Notes under the pieces: generated by a model
The model's database searches: none
What the model was told of the DNA's origin: nothing
The model's input: the letters and a program-made list of their open reading frames with translations, nothing else
Source: Thiotrichaceae bacterium
GTDB taxonomy: Bacteria > Pseudomonadota > Gammaproteobacteria > Thiotrichales > Thiotrichaceae
DNA length: 31,914 bases
Assembly: GCA_023144895.1 (NCBI GenBank)
Contig: JAGLEV010000011.1
Coordinates: 1 to 31,914, forward strand
Reading direction: 5' to 3'
In this document: in pieces, positions 25,544 through 31,914 of the stretch
How positions within the stretch are numbered: position 1 is the stretch's first letter
Layout of the letters: the number at the start of each line of letters is the position of its first letter
Made by a program: the position numbers and the translations under genes

Positions 25544-26770
25544 TTATCCTTTGACACAAACGACTTGCTTTAGGGTATGTACAATTTCTACCAGATCTTT
25601 TTGTGCTTCCATCACCTTTTCAATCGGCTTGTAAGCAGAAGGTGTTTCATCAATAATACTGCTATCTTTACGACATTCAACGCCTTCGGTGGCTTTAAGA
25701 TGCTCATCTAAACTCACTTCTTTTTTAGCCTGAGTACGTGACATCACACGACCTGCACCATGACTACAGCTACAAAAGCTATTTTCATTACCTAGACCAC
25801 GAACAATAAAGGACTTAGCGCCCATGCTTCCAGGGATAATTCCCATCTCGCCTTTTTGGGCACTAACCGCACCTTTACGTGTTACCCATACATCCGTATC
25901 AAAGTGATTTTCACGACTAATGTAATTATGGTGACAATTCACTGCTTCAACATCAGCGGCAAAAGGAATACCCATTTCATCATTCAGTGCTTGAATCGCA
26001 TTAACCATCATCACTTCACGATTAATACGAGCAAAATCTTGTGCCCAAGCCACTGCCATTGTGTATTCACGAAACATCGTTGACCCTTCAGGAATATAGG
26101 CTAAATCTTTATCAGGTAACTGGATAAAATAACGCTCCATATCTTTTTTAGCCTGATCAATAAAATACGTTCCAATACGGTTACCTACACCACGTGACCC
26201 GCTATGTAGCATAATCCAGACATTATTTGATTCATCGAAACAAACTTCAACAAAGTGATTACCTGTGCCTAATGTTCCAAGATGATTAATGTTATTGGTA
26301 TTTTTTAGTACAGGGTGTTTTTCCTTCATGATTTCAAATTGATCATTTAAAGGGCTCCACGCCTGAGCAACCTGAGTAGAAATTTCTCCCCAGCTTCCTG
26401 AATCACGCTTTCTACGGTTCACCTTACGACCATGTGGAATAGCACGTTCAATACGGCTACGCAAAGAGGTCAAGTTATCGGGGAGTTGATGTGCTTTTAG
26501 GCTAGTTTTCACTGCCATCATTCCACAGCCAATATCCACACCTACCGCAGCAGGGATAATCGCGCCTGTCGTTGGAATCACACTACCAATGGTTGCGCCT
26601 TTACCTAAATGTACATCAGGCATTGCTGCAACCCACTTATGGATAAAAGGCAGCTGAGCAATATTTTTTAACTGTTGTTTTGCGTTATCGTTAAAAGGTA
26701 CGCCTCGTGTCCACGACTTAATAGGAAAGTGACCTTTTTCGTGTAGTACTTCGTAGTGTGTTGAGTGCAT
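25544..26770 (-). CDS. rtcB: RNA-splicing ligase RtcB (3'-phosphate/5'-OH RNA ligase)
   Basis: 408 aa, the same length as E. coli RtcB, and near-identical over the N-terminus ('W.KGVP....A.QQL.N.A.LPFI.K..A.MPDVHLGKG.TIGSVIPT.GAIIPAAVGVDIGCGM'). Catalytic His/Cys clusters are conserved (HSGSRGVGN, CHHNY). Confidence 0.95.
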   Translation of the reverse strand: MHSTHYEVLHEKGHFPIKSWTRGVPFNDNAKQQLKNIAQLPFIHKWVAAMPDVHLGKGATIGSVIPTTGAIIPAAVGVDIGCGMMAVKTSLKAHQLPDNLTSLRSRIERAIPHGRKVNRRKRDSGSWGEISTQVAQAWSPLNDQFEIMKEKHPVLKNTNNINHLGTLGTGNHFVEVCFDESNNVWIMLHSGSRGVGNRIGTYFIDQAKKDMERYFIQLPDKDLAYIPEGSTMFREYTMAVAWAQDFARINREVMMVNAIQALNDEMGIPFAADVEAVNCHHNYISRENHFDTDVWVTRKGAVSAQKGEMGIIPGSMGAKSFIVRGLGNENSFCSCSHGAGRVMSRTQAKKEVSLDEHLKATEGVECRKDSSIIDETPSAYKPIEKVMEAQKDLVEIVHTLKQVVCVKG

Positions 26771-26807
26771 GGCTATTTACCTTTTACAATAATGATGGTT
26801 TAGGTAA

Positions 26808-26823
26808 AGCAATAGCTATGCCA
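26808..26823 (-). promoter_or_regulatory. Candidate sigma54 (-24/-12) promoter for rtcB
   Basis: The minus strand reads TGGCAT-AGCTA-TTGCT. The GG and GC are spaced exactly as in the TGGCACG-N4-TTGCW consensus. The element lies about 40 nt upstream of the rtcB ATG. In E. coli, rtcBA is transcribed from a sigma54 promoter activated by RtcR. Confidence 0.5.
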
Positions 26824-26947
26824 AAAATTATTTTTAATTAAATTTTACCTTTAATGTGTTGTTATTTATTGTGATATTTTTTATTTGTATTTTTTATTAA
26901 ATAAGTGGGATTTTATTGGTGCTGAATATTACTATCTTTTTTGATAT

Positions 26948-26991
26948 CTAATTATCAAAAAAGATAGTAATGCGGATGTTATTTTTGGCGA
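26948..26991. promoter_or_regulatory. Perfect 19-bp inverted repeat with 6-nt spacer (candidate enhancer-binding-protein UAS or strong hairpin)
   Basis: ATTACTATCTTTTTTGATA-tctaat-TATCAAAAAAGATAGTAAT. It is centred about 150 bp upstream of the candidate sigma54 -24 element, the typical position for a bEBP upstream activating site. Confidence 0.4.
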
Positions 26992-27557
26992 CCAAAGATT
27001 TCTTTGTGCATATAGTGACTATATTGGGTGTCAGGTCATTTGCTTAAAAAGTAGTAAAGCTCTGCTATTTTTAGCTTTATATCGCACGGTCTACAGCTTA
27101 TGGGAGTTGTTGGTTTCTTGAATCTTGTTAAGGCTAAATATTATTAGTAATAAAATAATTCAATCATCGATTTTTTTACGACTCATGATCTTATTAAAAC
27201 GTCGTATAATCTTGTAATCATAAAGTATTTTTTTCTTAAAATAGCAAGAAAAATGTAGGTTTAATCAATATTAAATTGCTATTGTGAAAAAAATAATCAG
27301 AAAAAGACTATTTTTATAGCTACTCTTTATTAATGGTAATTAATTATGCGAATCAAGTAGCGGGTATAAAATCAGCAGTTCCTATTTTATAGTATTTATA
27401 AAATAAGTTGATAACTATTTAAGCTTTGATTTTCTGTTGCTAAAATATTGCAACTCTCTTGCTTTATAACTAAAACGGGAACTGCTGGTGTAAAATATTA
27501 TTCAATTAACGTTAATTATCAATCATTATTTTCTATAAATAATTAATTTTAAGGGAC

Positions 27558-28001
27558 TTGGCTATGAATATAAAAAATATTGCAGTATCTGTTTTAATTG
27601 CACCTCTATTGATGATTACTGGAGATGTATCATCAGCATCATCAAAGGATGCTTCTTTAAAAAAATTAGCAGCACTTAGTGTATTCTTTGCCAGTAAAGG
27701 ATTTTCTTGTAGAAACTCAGCGAGTGGGAAATACTTAGCTCAAGGTAATACTTATACAGTTTATACTGATTTGTATAAAGAAAATGCGTATATACTAGTC
27801 GCTGCAGGTAATGAGCACGTAAAAGATATTGATATTATTTTACATGATCAAAACCATAATGTTATTTCAAAGGATGGTAGTACTGATCCCATTCCAATGG
27901 TGACGGTTTCTCCTAAGTGGTCTGGTAGCTTTCATGCTAAGGTGAAGATGTATCGAGGCAGAGGTTATTCAAACTTGATGGTTTGCTGGAAAAAACGTTA
28001 A
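27558..28001 (+). CDS. Hypothetical small exported protein
   Basis: 147 aa. Signal peptide (…IAVSVLIAPLLMITGDVSSASS), RBS AAGGGA, 4 Cys. It sits between rtcB and rtcR in a very AT-rich tract. Confidence 0.45.
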   Translation: MAMNIKNIAVSVLIAPLLMITGDVSSASSKDASLKKLAALSVFFASKGFSCRNSASGKYLAQGNTYTVYTDLYKENAYILVAAGNEHVKDIDIILHDQNHNVISKDGSTDPIPMVTVSPKWSGSFHAKVKMYRGRGYSNLMVCWKKR

Positions 28002-28081
28002 TCTGTTTAGCTTATGTGTTCTTAATCTGTGTGAGATGATTGCTATTGAAATAATATCATTTTATCAGGGCTTTACTCACT

Positions 28082-29689
28082 ATGAAAAATGTCATTATCG
28101 GTGTGCTAGGTACACGATTAGATCACGGTGGTCTAGGAAATCGGCGTTGGAAAAAATGGCGACCCAGCTTATCGATGCTATTACAAAAAGGGATTCCTAT
28201 TGATGAATTTATTCTTATTCATCATGTGGATGATACAAAGTTAGCTGAATTGACCTTTAAAGATATGGCAACCGTTGCCCCCGACACTAAACTAAGCTCT
28301 CATATTGTTGATTTCAAAAATGCATGGGATTTTGAGCAAGTTTATGCACAACTCCATGATTTTACGACACAGCAAAATTTTGATGCAGAAAAGGTAAACT
28401 ACCTTGTTCATATCACTACTGGCTCACATGTGGTGCAGATTTGTTTGTATTTATTGACTGAAGCAAATTATATTCCTGGTAAGTTGTTACAAACCTCGCC
28501 GAACCAAAAGGGAGCGACAGAAATAGAGCGTGTTACGGGTAAATTTCAGATTATCAACCTTGATTTATCACGTTATGATTTAATTGCATCACGTTTTGAA
28601 CAAGAGTCACGACAAGCGATTAGCTATTTAAAAGGGGGTATTGCAACACGTAATAAAGCTTTTAATGATTTGATCGTACAACTAGAGCAGGTTTCTATTC
28701 GTTCAACAGAGCCTATGTTACTCACAGGGCCAACAGGAGTAGGGAAGTCTCGTCTGGCTCGGCTGATTTATGATCTGAAGAAACAACGGGGTGATCTGCG
28801 TGGCAAATTGGTTGAAGTCAATTGTGCAACGCTACGGGGTGACAATGCCATGTCCGCAATGTTTGGGCATGTAAAAGGTGCTTATACAGGTGCAACGACG
28901 GGTCGTACAGGATTATTGCTAGAAGCCGATCAGGGTTTATTATTTCTTGATGAAATTGGTGAGCTGGGTCAGGATGAGCAAGCGATGTTGTTACGTGCAA
29001 TTGAAGATAAAACCTTTCTTCCCTTTGGTTCTGATAAGGAAAGTCATAGTGATTTTCAGTTAATAGCAGGGACAAATCGTAATTTATTTGAGCAAGTGCA
29101 AAAAGGTTTATTTCGTGAGGACTTACTCGCTCGGATTAACCTTTGGACTTACGAAATGCCTTCGTTAAAACAACGTATTGAAGATTTAAAACCAAATATT
29201 GATCATGAATTAGAGTTGTATACTCAAAAAGCAGGCTATAAAGTCCATTTTAATAAAGTGGCAAAGGAGCAGTATCTAGACTTTTCCTATTCTGAGCAGG
29301 CACTATGGCAGGCTAACTTTCGTGACTTAAATTCTAGTATTGTTCGGATGGCAACACTAGCGAGTGGTGGACGTATTACTGAGGCGATTGTGAAAGCAGA
29401 AATTCAACGGTTAATGCGAGATTGGCAAATCTATCAACAGCCTACAGTGCAGGATAAGACGCTCGCTATTGTAGAGTCCTGTCTTGGTGAGGATGGAGCT
29501 AAGGCAATAGATTTATTTGAACAAGTTCAATTAGCTGAAGTGATTCGTATCTGCCGAGAAAGTAAAAGTATGGCAGTCGCTGGGCGTAAATTATTTACTA
29601 TCAGCCGAATCAGTAAGGCGAAGAATAATGATAGTCATCGAGTGAGACAATATTTGCAGAAGTATGGTTTAGAGTTTAAATCTCTTTAA
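28082..29689 (+). CDS. rtcR: Sigma54-dependent transcriptional regulator RtcR (CARF, AAA+, HTH)
   Basis: 535 aa (E. coli RtcR is 532 aa). N-terminal CARF domain matches E. coli RtcR ('G.VGT.LD..G.G..RW.KWRP.L.....D...L.H........L...D.A.V.P.T...S..VD..N.WDFE.VYA.LHDF'). AAA+ Walker A 'GPTGVGKS', the sigma54-contact loop 'GAYTGA' (GAFTGA variant), and Walker B 'LFLDEIGEL'. Confidence 0.9.
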   Translation: MKNVIIGVLGTRLDHGGLGNRRWKKWRPSLSMLLQKGIPIDEFILIHHVDDTKLAELTFKDMATVAPDTKLSSHIVDFKNAWDFEQVYAQLHDFTTQQNFDAEKVNYLVHITTGSHVVQICLYLLTEANYIPGKLLQTSPNQKGATEIERVTGKFQIINLDLSRYDLIASRFEQESRQAISYLKGGIATRNKAFNDLIVQLEQVSIRSTEPMLLTGPTGVGKSRLARLIYDLKKQRGDLRGKLVEVNCATLRGDNAMSAMFGHVKGAYTGATTGRTGLLLEADQGLLFLDEIGELGQDEQAMLLRAIEDKTFLPFGSDKESHSDFQLIAGTNRNLFEQVQKGLFREDLLARINLWTYEMPSLKQRIEDLKPNIDHELELYTQKAGYKVHFNKVAKEQYLDFSYSEQALWQANFRDLNSSIVRMATLASGGRITEAIVKAEIQRLMRDWQIYQQPTVQDKTLAIVESCLGEDGAKAIDLFEQVQLAEVIRICRESKSMAVAGRKLFTISRISKAKNNDSHRVRQYLQKYGLEFKSL

Positions 29690-29732
29690 TCTATTCCGTC
29701 ATCTTTTTTATAACAACGCAATAGAAAAAACA

Positions 29733-29761
29733 CGGCTATACGATCACTTTATTCATAGAGT
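29733..29761. terminator. Hairpin between convergent rtcR and the PilY1-like gene (bidirectional terminator candidate)
   Basis: GATCACTTTA-ttcatagag-TAAAGTGACC (9 of 10 bp stem). A T-run (TTTTTT at 29695-29700) lies nearby. Confidence 0.35.
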
Positions 29762-29803
29762 AAAGTGACCGATAGCGCTAATAAAACAATACACTATAAA
29801 CTA

Positions 29804-31914
29804 TTATTTCCGTAGCTCTCGCCAACTTCTAATACCTGTTGTTATTGCATCATTAATATAAATAGTCGTATTGATTCCTGTTTGACCATTGATTTTTTGT
29901 GCTGAAATACCCATGCCAAGCAATTTATTTGTTGTTGTGAAATCGAGTAGCTGAAGTGTTTTTGCATCACCTAAACCTACTGAAATCTTAGAGTTAATAG
30001 CGCTATTGTCGCTACTTTTGGTAAAGGTGTTAGTGGGAAAATAACCATTGGTTAATGAGTACAGATAATAATAAGCGGTTCCAGGACAATTAGCTCCAAT
30101 AGATACATGGGTAACAGGAAGAATGATACTGTTAGCTGCAATGGTTGCATTATCACTGATAGTCGAATTTGCTGGCAGTGCTGTAATGCTAGGATCTGCT
30201 GTTAATGTTCCACCACTCCATTTACCCGCACTGTCTCCAACAATCGCACTCCATTGTCGGATCCAGCTTGAATTTGGACTATCATATTTGAAGACAGTGA
30301 GGCGATCTTTTGATTGTGCGCGAAGGTAGTAGGCTCTATTTGTGGATCTTGATGCGCCAATATAGGTCACAGGCGATGTATCTGATGAACCGAGTGCTGC
30401 CACTGCGCCGTTGTTGATCTCTGTTTCTATTGCACTATCTGTTGCTAAAGTATTATCTACCGCTAACAATGGTGCAGAATGAATATTACCATTTGAATCA
30501 CCAAGATAGAGTGTTTTCTTGGCAGGTGCATTATTTCTTGCGTAATCCATCATAATATAAGGACTGGATGTTGCAATGAAATTGAGTGATATTAAATAAG
30601 TCGTACTTGTGTCTGCTAGGCTTCTGATATGAAGCTTAGAACTAGTACCTTCAGTTATTGTATAAACACTATAAACCTTACCGTTTTTATCAGAGAAATA
30701 AGCACGTTGCCCATGGTTGGGCGCAGTATAGACCTTTGTATTGTCAACTTCATGGTCAATATCCCAAACAACCCCATTGAGATCACTCGAGCTGTCTAAT
30801 TTTAGTACATACTGTCCCAGACCTTTTTTATAGCTCCCAATAACATAACTGTTATAAGTTGCTGATGATTTAATATCTAATACATCCGTTGTGCCGTGCA
30901 TAAAATGATGACTGCTAAAGGTATTATAATCTTTTAGTTCTTTTACTAAAGTTCGTGGAATCCACCCCCACCCTAGGTCACCACTTTCCTGATAAATAGA
31001 ATAAATAAAACCATCATTACTGCTGAGTAAGACACGTTTTTTTAGATTGATACGCTTTGAAACAACATCCGTATTATAGCTACGATAAGTACTATCACTA
31101 AGGTATTGCATCACATTCATATCTTGCCCAACCAGTGCCATTGTATTGTGTGAAATAGCCCCTAAAAAAGAGTTTTCCTTACGGTCACCAATATAAGCGG
31201 GATGATCATTTGATGGATCGAGAGTATAGTCTTTAATCGTACTAACATTAGGGGTGTTATTAATGGCAAAAGCACTCGCATCAAGTACCTCAAATTTGAC
31301 TTTGTTACCGCCTTGATTGGTTGAATAGAGTCGATTCGCTCTTTTTGTCTTATCCATTGTGCTTGCGGTATCTACAAAGCCAGTCGTCTTGACGGTAGTC
31401 ATACCATTATTACCGATGACATAAGAATTTAGATGTCCTTCAACAGGTGATAATGTTGTTGTGGCAAGAAATAACTGCTTATTATCTTTTATTTGCAGGC
31501 TACTATTAACTTCTCCTGTTAATGCTGTGCAATTAGAATTATTATCCCGATAATCTAAATCTTTCCCCATAGGAGCAGCACTGGAGCCATCTTCAAGCGT
31601 GTCATTGTCGGTATCGGCTAGTGTAAAAATATTCGTTGCATCGGTATAGCTAAGCCCATTCACATCCGTATAGCTATCATAATTAGCAGGTGTTTCAAGT
31701 ACAGGGCTATTGAATAAACCATTAACACCAAAAGCATTGCTATTATCAATAATGCCATCACTATCAGCATCAACCGTTGCAATCGTCGCTACGGTTAATA
31801 AGCCTGATTCAACAATATCTTTGATATTATCGTTATCAGAGTCAGGATCAAGATAATCGACTTGATCAGCTCCATCGGTATTGACAGGGGTTAAACCTGC
31901 TGTGTAAGCAGTAT
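29804..31914 (-). CDS. pilY1: PilY1/PilC-like type IV pilus-associated adhesin, C-terminal part (5' end outside the window)
   Basis: The reading frame stays open on the minus strand to the window edge. The ORF-track 'start' at 31663 is a GTG codon internal to that frame. Beta-propeller-type motifs 'LLSSNDGFIYSIYQESGDLGWGWIP' and 'LYLGDSNGNIHSAPL' resemble PilY1 hallmark blades. The C-terminus ends ...GIRSWRELRK. The upstream part has Asp-rich DxDxDG-like Ca-binding-type repeats (DSDNDNIKD, DADSDGIIDNSNAF, DTDNDTLEDG). Confidence 0.45.
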   Translation of the reverse strand, partial: TAYTAGLTPVNTDGADQVDYLDPDSDNDNIKDIVESGLLTVATIATVDADSDGIIDNSNAFGVNGLFNSPVLETPANYDSYTDVNGLSYTDATNIFTLADTDNDTLEDGSSAAPMGKDLDYRDNNSNCTALTGEVNSSLQIKDNKQLFLATTTLSPVEGHLNSYVIGNNGMTTVKTTGFVDTASTMDKTKRANRLYSTNQGGNKVKFEVLDASAFAINNTPNVSTIKDYTLDPSNDHPAYIGDRKENSFLGAISHNTMALVGQDMNVMQYLSDSTYRSYNTDVVSKRINLKKRVLLSSNDGFIYSIYQESGDLGWGWIPRTLVKELKDYNTFSSHHFMHGTTDVLDIKSSATYNSYVIGSYKKGLGQYVLKLDSSSDLNGVVWDIDHEVDNTKVYTAPNHGQRAYFSDKNGKVYSVYTITEGTSSKLHIRSLADTSTTYLISLNFIATSSPYIMMDYARNNAPAKKTLYLGDSNGNIHSAPLLAVDNTLATDSAIETEINNGAVAALGSSDTSPVTYIGASRSTNRAYYLRAQSKDRLTVFKYDSPNSSWIRQWSAIVGDSAGKWSGGTLTADPSITALPANSTISDNATIAANSIILPVTHVSIGANCPGTAYYYLYSLTNGYFPTNTFTKSSDNSAINSKISVGLGDAKTLQLLDFTTTNKLLGMGISAQKINGQTGINTTIYINDAITTGIRSWRELRK

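Noticed and set aside
1-31914. CRISPR arrays, IS elements or transposases, integrases, rRNA genes
   Set aside because: I saw no regularly spaced direct repeats, no transposase or integrase-like ORFs, no terminal inverted repeats bracketing a segment, and no rRNA-like conserved stretches in either strand.

Overview
This is an AT-rich (about 35-38% GC) gammaproteobacterial-type chromosomal segment with a mosaic, accessory-like organisation. I cannot assign a taxon from sequence alone.

Left to right the window carries:
- two tandem YbjQ/UPF0145 paralogs, an M48 Zn-peptidase and an SDR oxidoreductase;
- an apparently orphan Wzc-type tyrosine autokinase (BY-kinase) with a small HExxH protein downstream;
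- a Grx2-like GST-fold protein and a UPF0126 membrane protein;
- a yefM-yoeB toxin-antitoxin pair;
- a twice-frameshifted TPR gene remnant;
- a Ysc-like non-flagellar type III secretion basal-body/needle operon, sctC(N-terminal domains only)-D-E-F-G-I-J-K-L. No ATPase or export-apparatus genes follow it in the window. Its 'secretin' ORF stops after the periplasmic N-domains and is translationally coupled to sctD;
- a type IV pilin gene;
- an OmpR/sensor-kinase two-component pair divergent from a MipA/OmpV outer-membrane protein gene;
- a KefB/KefC-type K+ efflux antiporter;
- an unusual RNA-repair locus: rtcR, a small exported-protein ORF inserted in an extremely AT-rich tract, a candidate sigma54 promoter with an upstream perfect palindrome, rtcB, a GC-richer 700-nt noncoding block, an SPFH/band-7 protein, and a small Pol-beta-type nucleotidyltransferase. 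rtcA is absent;
- the 3' part of a PilY1-like adhesin gene that runs off the window edge.

No rRNA or tRNA genes, CRISPR arrays, or IS/transposase genes were recognised.

The two points most worth follow-up are the T3SS module with a secretin reduced to its N0-N1 domains and without sctN-V nearby, and the non-canonical rtcR-rtcB neighbourhood with its candidate structured RNA.
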